From contig LXFE01004245.1 of NCBI GenBank assembly GCA_001929475.1, forward strand, positions 1-51,270: 51,270 nt of DNA, in the 5' to 3' direction. The number at the start of each line of letters is the position of its first letter. Position 1 is the stretch's first letter. The notes beneath the pieces were generated by a model. It did not search any database and had not been told where the DNA came from. It worked only from the letters and a program-made list of their open reading frames with translations. This stretch comes from Neolecta irregularis DAH-3. Its lineage: Eukaryota. Shown one piece after another: positions 1 through 10,930 of the stretch. Made by a program: the position numbers and the translations under genes.

Positions 1-131
1 CGCCTGATCATGATCTGCTTCACTCTGCAATGTCTCAACTGTATATAGGTCATGAGACAAATATAAAAACGAAATATATTCACAGGCCTTTCCCCCCTAG
101 ACCTGTTGCAAGACATTGATTGACACCAAAA
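1..131. repeat. Dispersed duplicate of 34253-34380 (3' flank of the small secreted peptide gene), cut off by an assembly gap
   Basis: Identical to 34253-34380 except a 3-nt indel (ATATAAAAACG vs ATATAACG); ends at the N-run. Confidence 0.95.
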
Positions 132-141
132 NNNNNNNNNN
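132..141. other. Assembly gap (10 N)
   Basis: Run of N; true size unknown. It truncates the 5' end of the FOL2 gene. Confidence 1.
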
Positions 142-142
142 A

Positions 143-836
143 GACTGTCTTGAATCTACTTCCGAAGAAGCTAAAGCTCGTTTAGAAAAATTGACTGGCG
201 CAGTTAAAGTTATTCTTGAGACTATCGGGGAAAATCCGGAAAGACAAGGATTACTCAAGACTCCCGAACGATATGCTCAAGCGATGATGTTTTTCACAAA
301 AGGATATGACGAGAATATTAAAGGTGCCTCTACTATTTTTCCTTCCTGATCCACAGAAATTATAAATGATGCCGTGTTTGAAGAAGATCACGATGAAATG
401 GTCATCGTGAAAGATATCCAAGTGTTCAGCATGTGCGAACACCATCTCGTTCCATTCTTTGGAAAAGTACGACTCTTTTTTGCCAAAGCTGACTTTCAGA
501 TTCACATTGGGTATATTCCCATCCGTAAAGTACTCGGACTCTCAAAACTTGCTCGTATAGCAGAGATGTTTTCACGGAGACTTCAAGTTCAAGAAAGAAT
601 GACCAAACAGATTGCCGTCGCCATCAACGAGATACTAAATCCTCGAGGAGTGGCAGTTGTAATGGAAGCAAGTCATCTTTGCATGGTCATGAGAGGCGTT
701 CAGAAACCAGGAAGTTCAACAGTACCTTTTCCTTCCATACCTCGCTGAAAAATAGGTTACCAGTTCGATGATGGGTTGTTTTAGAACTAATCAAAAAAGC
801 AGGGAAGAGTTTCTGAGTCTCATCGGAAAGCCTTGA
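143..836 (+). CDS. FOL2: GTP cyclohydrolase I (5' end lost in gap)
   Basis: Motifs [64 protein letters not shown] introns at 324-356, 467-499 and 722-755 restore the frame to ...FLSLIGKP*. Confidence 0.97.
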
Positions 837-1681
837 TTCAAGATGAGTCTGTACTTGAGTATTTGAAATATCTACCCGAATTTCCAAATCTATTCAAGCC
901 AGACTAGTTAGTTTTCTTTATTAGATGGGCCAGTGTAAATCAGGCGATGTAAATTGAGAAAGTTAAACTTGATTTTACAATTACATGTGGAACGTTCTAG
1001 AAACAATCAAGTCAAATAGGTATTTGTAGCGAATCCGCAAGGACTGGAAAACTGGGACTGATACTGACTTTAGAAAGGGAAACAAAATCTCGTTAAAGAA
1101 AGCATGCAAAACTGGTTTGTGTCGCCATCTTGCGAGTCGAATTAGCGAACCACAATTGTGAATACTTGATTTCTTCATGAGGCCCAGGATGGAAACAGTA
1201 AACGGCACGTGACTATACCAGATCATCACACAGAACCCTTCTCAGATCCTTTCGCTTAGGAGCAGGAAGAATGAGACTGCTTGCATCGGAATCTGCGGGA
1301 TCCAGAAAAGCCTGAGAGTACAAATGAAAGGATACAGGAAGGAAAGATGCTGCTGTAAGAGATTCTGGACCACCTAGACTAGACCAGCATGGAGCCTTGA
1401 CCATAATTGAATAGCATAGTTCCTTCCAATCAAGCGATCTATCCCAACCATAACCAACCTTTGTCCAGATCACCCATTCACAATAGATGTCCTCTGTCAG
1501 GATTCTCTGTCAATATCCGGACGAGAAGATATGAGCCTTGGATAGAAATGTTTTATCGCTATGGAACGGTCAGCGGCTTGGTTCCATCCGGTCGTCATCC
1601 GGTAGCGAGAACTAGCCACAGCTAAAAATTCCTGATCAAGCAACTTTTGCTAGACATATCTTGTACTCAATTGCATTCGGT

Positions 1682-2698
1682 ATGCATTTGCACTACATCA
1701 CGAAAGACGACTGGAATCGAGAGCCGTTGTCTTGTATACTTCGAATCTGCATCCTTCCAGGGACAAGTCTGATCCTGCTATTCATATGCTGTTATCTGGC
1801 CACCACTTCATATCATGTCTTGCGCAAATTTCTCGGGATCATTGCAACATTGGCTATCTTGTCCTCGCAAATCGTATTTCTGGAAAGTTGGTTTCTCAAT
1901 CTCGTCCTTGGGCATATTTACGGAGGCATGGCTCTCAAGATCTTGGATATTATCGTCGTGCGATCTCCCCCAAAGATGCTGGGAAACAAGCTCGTCTCAT
2001 TCAAAGATAGATTGAGGTATTCAATTGCTTTGTGTTCGCAGATGCGATATGAAAGCTTCGACATATCCCAGATGAAACACGCCCACTCGTTCCCGAGAAT
2101 GAGCATATATGAATATCTCGGGATGGTTTTATTCACAATAATGCCTGGTCCATTCGCGGAATATCGTCTCTCGTTGAGGCTTCTAGTCGGATTCATCACT
2201 GTTGCAGAAACCTTCAATAAAGTAACCGGACCGAGCTCTCCTTCCCTATTTGGGTCGCTTCTCCGTACAAGGTCGGCCAGAGAATTCTATGGAAAGTCGT
2301 GGCATCAAATCTACAGATCACCATTCAATTCAATGGCGTACCAACCTGTGGAGCGCTTGCTCGGCCGTGGGTATGCACGTTTTTGCGTATTTTTTCTGAG
2401 TGGGATATACCATGCTTATCCGCTCATGACAATGGGAGGTGTGTTGGGTATGATGACTGGTATGATTCCTGTACTTTTTACCTGGGCCATCTGTACATTT
2501 GAAGATCAAATTCTCGGCAAAGGAATGTTGCGAAGGATAAGCTTCTGGGTCATGATGGCTATTTCTTGCATCGTGATACATCGGGAAACAGCGAATCTTG
2601 AACAATTATTCAAGGATCAACGGGAATTTTTATATCCAAAGTTGAAAATGACCCTTGCTGCTATCATGTATGTAAAGAATATTATAGCAGATCGATAA
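1682..2698 (+). CDS. Membrane-bound O-acyltransferase (MBOAT_2 / wax synthase-like), intronless
   Basis: Multi-TM hydrophobic ORF with REFYGKSWHQIYR (family FWGxxWH-like) and FFLSGIYH (putative catalytic His). First ATG at 1682. Confidence 0.75.
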   Translation: MHLHYITKDDWNREPLSCILRICILPGTSLILLFICCYLATTSYHVLRKFLGIIATLAILSSQIVFLESWFLNLVLGHIYGGMALKILDIIVVRSPPKMLGNKLVSFKDRLRYSIALCSQMRYESFDISQMKHAHSFPRMSIYEYLGMVLFTIMPGPFAEYRLSLRLLVGFITVAETFNKVTGPSSPSLFGSLLRTRSAREFYGKSWHQIYRSPFNSMAYQPVERLLGRGYARFCVFFLSGIYHAYPLMTMGGVLGMMTGMIPVLFTWAICTFEDQILGKGMLRRISFWVMMAISCIVIHRETANLEQLFKDQREFLYPKLKMTLAAIMYVKNIIADR

Positions 2699-2818
2699 TA
2701 CAGCTGCTCGTTTGGCCCCCCAGTTATCCTCCACCCAGATATGATCAAAGGTATCCTTGATTCCAAACTTGCGATTGAAGAAGGGTTAGGCGGGAGGGAA
2801 GGGACGCGCGGCACAGGT

Positions 2819-2960
2819 GGGACAGGCGAGTCGGGAGGAATGCGCGGGACTGGCGAGGCGGGAGGAACGCGTGGGACTGGCGAGACGGGAGGAATGCGCG
2901 GGACTGGCGAGACGGGAGGAATGCGTGGGACTGGCGAGACGGGAGGAACGCGTGGGACTG
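2819..2960. repeat. 27-bp GC-rich minisatellite, ~5.3 copies
   Basis: Unit GGGAC(T/A)GGCGAG(A/G/T)CGGGAGGAA(T/C)GCG(C/T) head-to-tail with no spacers. Confidence 0.95.
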
Positions 2961-3402
2961 TGGCCAATTGTAGGTGGTATTGAGGTTTGTGGATTTTACA
3001 AGGGACAGAACACAGCTGGCATGACGTGAAGTATGATATTACACCCTCATTGAGTGTCATAGGTATTGATCTTATGGGAGATATCCTGTTCAATTCTAGC
3101 TGAATGTCATATCTTTGTCATAGTGAACTGTTTGTGAAAAGATTCCGTGTTCGTTGATAGAGGACGCTCTAGAGCTGGCTGTTCTGATGGTCAAATGACG
3201 GGAATGTCTTTTCACGACATATATCATATATTGAATGCGATTGATGGTGCATGCGCCAACAACTACTACAGGAAGAAGAACAAAATGTCTTCAAGGTGAT
3301 GTCATTAAATACAACTCTATGAGTGCCAATTTATGTATTTCAAAATGGTCAGTGAGATTTTGTCACAATGCCCATGAGTGAAGCAAAACACCAAAAATGT
3401 AT

Positions 3403-4901
3403 CTATACACTGCTTTGCCTGAAACTTACATCATTCGCAGTGGTAATATACCGCACCCATGGGAGTGCAGTGTACATTAATCGAGGTTCCGTGATCTAGA
3501 GTCAGCTTTGTCTTGCAAATGGCTACATACCTTGAGATATCGAACTTGAATCCCGCTCGTCGTGAAATAAGGGATCTCAAATTTCACTTCGACAGGACGG
3601 CCCCGTTTGTCTGGTTCCGCTGTCTATTAGCAGGGTTAAGTAAGGAAAGGACATACAACTATTCCCTTTAACACTTGGAAGACCGAGTTCTGCCCTCATA
3701 AGAAACTCCCTCCCTCCAGAAAACTGCTTGATTTTCCAAATAATAGCAGACCTTTCCGGCGCATATTGCACAGATCCAATAGAGGTTCGAAAGCGAGGTG
3801 TATCTGCGTCATCAGGAACCGGAACGATGATTTCAACGTTATTTGCCGTTGAACGTCGTTTGAATTGTGCTTTTGCCTGATATTAGTCTAGAATAATAGA
3901 GAAACAGACTTTAATCATATACTCAATCCGTGAGCCAGAATGACTTTCAACCACACATTCGACCCAAATTAATGGTTTCACTTGTGTATTTAGGCGATAA
4001 CTCATCAATTCGAATTCCCCATCTGGAGGAATAAATGATATTGTACGGTCATTCTCGAATCGAGATAAGCGTACACATTGATGAAATTTAACGTCTTCCA
4101 TTTCAATTGCCTTGCCGCGGGATACGCGTCCTGTATTCTCAAACATCACTTTGTCGTTTAAACCAAGCCTTAGGTCAGGCATCCCAGAGAGAAAACACTT
4201 CATTTTAACGGAGCCGAGTATTTCACTTCGTAAAACATTTCCATTTGTATTTACCTACCCGTTAGGCAAACTTTAATACGAGATGAAGTACGAGTAGATT
4301 GACTGCCTCAATAACATCTAGAAAGACCTCATTCTTACGATATTTTATACCCTCGGACCGCCATGATACTGCATTCGTAACAGCTACTGGAGGACGGGCT
4401 TGAACCTCGAGTTTGTGGCTTTCTTGCGTGATGTATCTAAGAATCAGATGAGGGGAATGGGGTGCTACTCTTGAAGTATTTTGGTTTCTGTGGTTTGAGG
4501 ATACCCGAAATCCATCATTTCATCCAACAGTTCATAAATCACCACAAAGTTGTCTCTGATTGATTCCTCTTCGAGGGTTTTGAAGTATTCCGTCAGAACC
4601 TGAGTGACTTTGTGAAGGAATAGTAGGATTGCAGTTGCATTTGAATTGCGTCTTGTAAGAGCAAGAAGGTATAGATTGCTGTGTTTGATATAGAGGTACT
4701 CGTACATCAGTACTGTGAAACTAAAGAAAACACGTTTATTCCTTCGTGACTGAAGCACGGCGTAACCACAGCACTCTCATCCTCCGCTTCCACTACCAGC
4801 GGCATGAATTTCTCGACGGCGCTCATTGGAACATCGCCTCTGTAGTTCCTTGCAAGAAGAGTGCGGAATTTGAGATCAAGGAAGAATATAGCAGAGGCCA
4901 T
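3403..4901 (-). CDS. APM1: AP-1 adaptor complex mu subunit
   Basis: MASAIFFLDLK..LLARNYRGD, EEESIRDNFVVIYELLDEMMDFGYPQTTE, FHQCVRLSRFENDRTISFIPPDGEFELMSYR, ALPWVRYIT; several short GT-AG introns. Confidence 0.96.
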
Positions 4902-4977
4902 TTGGGTGGTTGGGAGAGAAGTAGCGATCAAAGTCCATTTTGTCCATACGTCCCTCCATATTGCCATACAGTCATAC

Positions 4978-5592
4978 ATGGATGAAACACATCCACCGCT
5001 ACCAGATGAACTAGTTCCAGCATTAAATACAAACCCACCGCATCTTTCTGCTTCAGCAGATCCGCTTCCTGCTGAGAATACGCAGCTTGACGAAGCTCCG
5101 CCGTTACCTCCAGAACCAGTTCCAGATCGACCCGCAGACGACGGCTGGCATGCCATTTTCGAAAATTCTATCCAGGCATACTACTTCTGGAACTCGATCA
5201 CAAATGAAACTACTTGGACAAATCCTCGCCTTCCAGGAGCCCACGTGAATGAGAAATTGAACCCAGAGCAACTCCTTAGACTTCAAAATGAAGCTTTAAA
5301 AGCACAGGAACCGGAATACGCATACTCTCAACGGTTTAGCAGACGTACAGGAAAATTTCTAAGCGAATCAAAACGTCCTGAAAATCACACGAAAGACGCC
5401 CGGGCAAGAAAACAACTAGAGCAGTTCTATGATATCGAAGCCTTCGAGAAACAACGCGCTGGTAGGAGCTTGCTTGAAGAACGCCGGAATATGAAATTTC
5501 CTAAATCGCAGTTGAAAGAACTGATCAAGAAACGAAATGAGAGGAAAGAAGCTAGAAAGAGAGGTTTGCTTGCCTTGCGACCCGATTGTTGA
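4978..5592 (+). CDS. WW-domain protein with basic C-terminal region (uncharacterised fungal family)
   Basis: Pro-rich N-terminus, WW signature GWHAIF..QAYYFWNSITNETTWTNP, Lys/Arg-rich tail; ATG at 4978. Confidence 0.85.
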   Translation: MDETHPPLPDELVPALNTNPPHLSASADPLPAENTQLDEAPPLPPEPVPDRPADDGWHAIFENSIQAYYFWNSITNETTWTNPRLPGAHVNEKLNPEQLLRLQNEALKAQEPEYAYSQRFSRRTGKFLSESKRPENHTKDARARKQLEQFYDIEAFEKQRAGRSLLEERRNMKFPKSQLKELIKKRNERKEARKRGLLALRPDC

Positions 5593-5679
5593 CTAGTAGG
5601 TTGGCTTATGGACGATGATCTTATTCCCCCTTCGGATCCAAGAGGCCGTTAACCTTGTGTTGCATTGTATTTTTATTGA

Positions 5680-7121
5680 TTAACCCTTATTTTCCCTAGC
5701 CAGTTGTTCGATCTTGAGTTCTTTACTGCACGCCCTCAATTCACGTCTTTCACCATTCCATTCACTGGGAACTTGACCGCCTTTACCGGCCTGCATGCAC
5801 CAGTCATATAGAAATTGCCCGTACTCACAATCCTTTGGGTAACCAAAGCAATGAAACTTTCGGTCTTCACCAGTTTCTGCTATCCTCTCACTTTCAGCGA
5901 TCAACATCTTTTCCTTAGTAGGCAGCCATAGACGTCCGCTCCATACTCGTGCCATCACGCATCCTTCTCCTTCTGCTATCGGAAATGGCACCTTGCTCAT
6001 TATGCGTTGGAAGAGAAGAATGACAATTTACGATTTGCCAAGGCAGTCCCACAAAAGCCAAACTCGGGTCTTGAATCCAGAAAATTTGTTCATAAAGTCC
6101 ACGGATTCGTTCACCGTCAGAAATCAATGCATTTTCTCCATGACAGAATCGATTCATGAATGGTAAAGAATAATAGTAACCTGTTGCAAAGATCACTTTA
6201 TCAATTTCTGTGAGTTTTTGCCCATCTTTCAGATATATCGCATTTTCATCAGCACAAAAATGAGATATTGGGGGAACTTCGAGAATTTGTGGGTTCGGAA
6301 GCCAGGGGAGTTGTGATGTTGAACGAATGGATCTCAGAATTGGGAGTAGCGCTGTATCAGCTAACTGAATTGTGATATCGAGGCCTGAGGCCCCATTTCC
6401 TATCACCAAGATTTTCTTAAAATCAAGACCGTACCGAAACTGAAATACCTGATTTTTGAACTCTTCGGGTCGTCGATAATATTTTGCGTGCATAACCCTC
6501 CCGGGAAATCGATTGGCAAAATCTGTTAAACCTTCCGTGACCGGAATAGCTGGAACTTCATAGTGACCTTTCCAATCAATCCTGAATGGATCAAACTATA
6601 CCGGACGCAACACATAAAAAATCAAAGCGTTCTTCAATTTCTCGTTCTGAATATTTAACTCGTAATACCCATTCACTTCCTTCCTTCCATGTATCAATGA
6701 CCTCGCTTTCAAAGCTGATTAACTCCAGTAAATCAAAGGCGTAGTCTTGAAGATACTTCAACACAACTGAGCGATGAGGAAACATATCTGTTCCTTCAGG
6801 AAATGGAAACCCGTTGAAAGCCATTAATTTTGATGGTAAATTGGTGTACAGAGTTTCGTACATGGGAGAAATATATTCGCAATCAACAGGTTTATCTTCC
6901 AAGTTGAAGTCTCTGGACGACATGGATCGCCACGGAGATGCATTGGAATTGTATACCCTAAGTATGAATGACCCTGCAGCAAAAACCACATACCAAACTC
7001 CACCGACAGATTTTTTCCGTTCGAATGCTTTTATTGTGGAAAATGCATCTTCAGATCTCAATGCCTTAATCGCAGCAAGCCCACTGGCACCTGCACCGAT
7101 AACTGCTACTCGTTTCTGCAT
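5680..7121 (-). CDS. FMO1: Flavin-containing (thiol-specific) monooxygenase
   Basis: FAD motif VAVIGAGASG, GGVW, SPMYETLYTNLP, FxGxxxHAKYY, NADPH motif VIGNGASG, FATGY; four short introns. Alternative ATG at 7139. Confidence 0.93.
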
Positions 7122-7193
7122 GCTTTGGTAGTGACACATCTTGCCCTATTCGGAAGTTGACCGCACCACTACTCGAAAGAAACTGTTTTGGAT

Positions 7194-7736
7194 ATGGTAC
7201 TCAACGAACAAATTATAGATGATCTCGTATATGCAGCAAGGATAGGAGACCTTTCCGAAGTTCAGGAGGTTTTGAAGGCAGCTCCGAAAATTCAGATGGG
7301 AGATCTCAGAGATGAACAGGGTAATACGCCTTTACATATGGTACTATTCTTTACGTCAAATGCCGTAAACAATGCTTAGGCTGCTGCAAATAATCATCTC
7401 CAGGTAGTCAAATATCTGATTTCGCAAACGTCAGATAAAACTGACCTTTCAACTCTAAACGCTCGGGGAAATACAGCGTTACATTGGAGTGCGCTCAACG
7501 GTCATTTGGACATTGTTATTGAGCTTGTCAATGCAGGTATCGATCCTTTACTCAAGAATGACTCTGGCAAAACTGCCCTTTGGGAGGCGGAGACAAATGG
7601 GAGGAAGGAGGTTACTGAGTGGTTATTCGCCAATGCAAGGCTAGACGAAGATGGTGAGAGACAAGGGGAGACGGAAGAGCCAGTGGAAACACCTCATGAG
7701 GAGGTCAACAGGCTGAATATTGGGAAGGATGGATAG
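7194..7736 (+). CDS. YAR1: Ankyrin-repeat protein, Yar1-like
   Basis: IDDLVYAARIGD, GNTPLHMAAANNHL (after intron 7341-7379), GNTALHWSALNGH, acidic tail. Confidence 0.82.
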
Positions 7737-7825
7737 CAATGTGAGTTCTTCTATTATGTTGTAAATAAAGATAGATAAAAGGCCATTAGCCAATTTGTGA
7801 AACAATGAAGATTCCGTACCCACTA

Positions 7826-8600
7826 TCATCTTAGCTTGGTATTTCCCCCAAGCTCCTCCTCAGAATCCTGTAGAGCAGGAAGTCCCACCACTTCCCTGGC
7901 AAGATTCCTGACTTTTCGGTTATAACCAGTGCGATCATCCCTCCACATTTTGCACGCGTCGATATTTGCACCAGATTCATCATTTGGTTCCGCCAACATA
8001 CTCATCACACTCAATAATATCTTTTCGACACTTTGCACCGGAGACCATCGTTCTGGCAAGAATTACCAAAAAGCAAAATGGCGGATATACCGGATGAAGA
8101 CTCATACATATTTGGATCGTCTCCCGGTGAGTGGAGGATTGAAATGCAGACAGTTCCGTCTTGATAAACTGCCTTGTCGGTTGATAACCCTGAGGGAAAC
8201 ATACTGTTAGGATGGAACATTTCGCAAGTAAATTTCATAGATGGAGGCGACAATGGGTAATCCTCCGATGTCAGTATTAATCCATTTGTCAAGCTACCTT
8301 TGGAAATTTCAACGTGGCAGGAAATACTCCTCCCTCAAGCGGAGTACCAGGACTTCCTACTCTGTCAGTATAGTATAGCAATATCATTACCATTAATGTA
8401 GCATTCCCACTCAAACATGTTATCCTCATCCGGGGGGCCTAACATGCTAAGTTATTTTGACTGACTACGCGAAAATACCGGCCCAGATTCCTTCAGGTGG
8501 GTTTTTCGTGATTTCTTTGTACTCAGTCATAAGTCTCTATTGTATCAAGATATATGACGCCTCGTAAGTCGTATACTCTCAAGGCGATGGCTGCGGACAT
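7826..8600 (-). CDS. UBC7: Ubiquitin-conjugating enzyme E2, Ubc7 (ERAD)
   Basis: [72 protein letters not shown] (Ubc7-type acidic insertion); about six short introns. Confidence 0.95.
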
Positions 8601-8747
8601 TTTAGATAGTATTATGGGATGATAGACAAGCGAAATAGCACTGCTATTGTGTTCGAATGCAGGTTGAGGTCAAGTTTTGCTCGCAATGGGAAGCCACGTG
8701 GTTTGGTGTCTGTGGGTTGGGGATACTAAGGGAAAACAGGATGGTTG

Positions 8748-8798
8748 TATTCAGTGTGTCCATCAATCAATCCGATTGATTGATGAACACGCTGGATA
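8748..8798. repeat. Near-perfect inverted repeat (hairpin/cruciform), arms ~24-25 bp
   Basis: TATTCAGTGTGTCCATCAATCAAT-CCG-ATTGATTGATGAACACGCTGGATA; three arm differences. Confidence 0.85.
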
Positions 8799-9227
8799 TA
8801 TTAATTGAAAAATACATGATCAAGATATTATTACAGTGCGACGATCTTCCCTAGTTTCGTGGAATAAATTCCTTTGGATTGCGATTCCTTAGAAATGAAT
8901 GGGCACCCGTTTTCCACGCCAAGCGGCAAATAATACCTAAGTAAACGAAGATTTTCAGTATATATTGAATGGTTACTCAGTTGAGGTTGAGTCTGGTTGA
9001 AAAAGAGAGTATAACCGGTGAGATAGTTAGATCGGGTCTTAGAACTACTGGTGTACGATACTGAAGAGCCTCCGTGAAGACAGTCGAGTGGAAGAATGAA
9101 CGTAATATATCAGTAAAAGATGAAAAATAACAAGCTAAGGGAGAAGCCAAACAATAAGGAAGCTATAGTTTCAATAAAATTTGTAGGATACATGAATTTC
9201 TGGACGTGCAAGAATTTCGGTTTATGA

Positions 9228-10930
9228 TTAAAAAACCTAGAAATGTCATTAAGTTTCAACAGCAATCAAGCTACCGTTCCATCCGACAGGATGCTGATAG
9301 GCGGACCTTTCGTGTTTGGCCGTGAGACTTCAGCAAGTTCTCGTCCAGCCTGATTATAAGTGTGAGAAAATTGGAACTGATGACATACTTTCCAAGTCCC
9401 GGCCTCGAGGACTTGCGCAAGAGAAAGTTGTTCATCGCCCTCTAGTCGCAAAGCTTTGTTGACATTGGCATGGACAATGTCAAGAAGTCCAATCGTCATG
9501 GCCCTCCATTCAACAATTACGTTGTCTCCTGGAGAAAATAAAGGAACAACTTCAACATCTGGTTGGCCCGCGTGCTTTGCATTTTTACGGTATGCTTCAA
9601 GTCCACGTGCGTAAACCTCCGGTTTCAATGTTAAGAGGCCTGTGTCAACGAATAAGCCACCATTACGGTATTCGGGAAGTCCAGTTAGAAGATTCTGGCC
9701 GACCCAGATTACTTTGCTTAATCTGGACATTGGAGCCATCAGGGAATATGACAACCACTGAGTGAGTTTATGGAATGGGACGATATGTGAATGAGGTGTG
9801 TCTGTTGGCATCACTTCGCACGGCCAGGCATCACCAAGGGGCACTCCATCATCTAAGGTCGCCCGTCCTCGGGGCCAAATAGGGGTAAGAGCGTCCATTA
9901 AAAGGCTCCAGAGCGTTGGGATGAGAACAACATGGGTCTCACCATTACTGGTTGTCGTTGGATGCTCAAGAAGGTAATCTGCGATTAGCAAAGTTTTGCG
10001 GGCAGACAGTACCAAGCATGTTGCCAGGCCTACCAGAGATGCCAAAGTAGTTGTGGGCTGACAGAAGTGCGGCCCCGAGGTTTCTGAGAAGCTGAGAACG
10101 ACCGTCCAAGCCTGTCATCGGGTTTGCATCGGGGTGAACCTGAAAACTTTCCGCCATATCTTCAACAGTTAAATTTCTAAGCGCCTTTCCTAGAGCGATT
10201 AAAAGATATTGCGAGGAACACATACCATCCACTTGATGAGGATTTTCCGGATTGCTCGAAAACTTTCCTTTCAGAAACATATCGAGACTGGCAATGGCCA
10301 GGCCCTCACTTCGTCGAAAGATTTTACCTGATGAATTTTCTCTATATGTCCAACCAGCACCAGCACCAGCATCTAGCAATACAGATACAACAAATAGATC
10401 TAAAAGTCTTCTTGTCTGCTCTTTCTTATCGATGCACTCCCATGATTGCAAGAGCATATCTAACCGTTTGCGATCATCGACCTCAAAGTGCAGCCATCGA
10501 CCATGGGGAGGAATAGAACTATAATTGGTCTCATAATCTCTCTGGAAATGAGTAACCAGCTGCAGATAGGAACGGTTACCTTGATAATGCTGATAACATA
10601 CTCTACTACATCCGTTAACTTCGACATATCCACATCGAAAGCCTTCAGCTCATTCAGTTTTCCTTTCGCGAGGACGATATTAGAGCGCTCTCGAACAGCC
10701 TGAATGCTTCTTAGATATCCAGATGGATCTACATCAGCATTTGGCGGACTTGGTATTTCAGGATGTGACATCTTGGCGATAGACGGGTGAAATAGATTGA
10801 TGAAACTTGAGGACAAAGCGGTGACCAGTGACGTAGTAGAAAATTTTCGACTGCTGGGAGGAGGAAACCCGGCTGCACTGTGTGAAGAGACTGAAGACTG
10901 GAGGTTGGTCTTTTGTCGAAGGACATTCAT
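9228..10930 (-). CDS. URC4: DUF1688 uracil catabolism protein (Urc4/urg3 family)
   Basis: DPSGYLRSIQAVRERS, LLDLFVVSVLLDAGAG, RSEGLAIASL, FHKLTQWLSYSL, TGLPEYRNGGL. Last intron 9237-9274 gives the family C-terminus SDGTVF*. Start is 10930 or 10771. Confidence 0.93.

Noticed and set aside
981-1500. Protein-like minus-strand fragments upstream of the MBOAT gene
   Set aside because: No coherent spliced model or recognisable family; possibly a decayed gene or element but unsupported.
2819-2960. CRISPR-like array (also considered for 32711-32822)
   Set aside because: Units are contiguous with no unique spacers, there are no cas genes, and the context is eukaryotic.
143-10930. GTP cyclohydrolase plus URC4 as a uracil-catabolism cluster
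   Set aside because: URC1/urg1 is GTP cyclohydrolase II-like, whereas this gene is cyclohydrolase I (folate pathway), and unrelated genes intervene.
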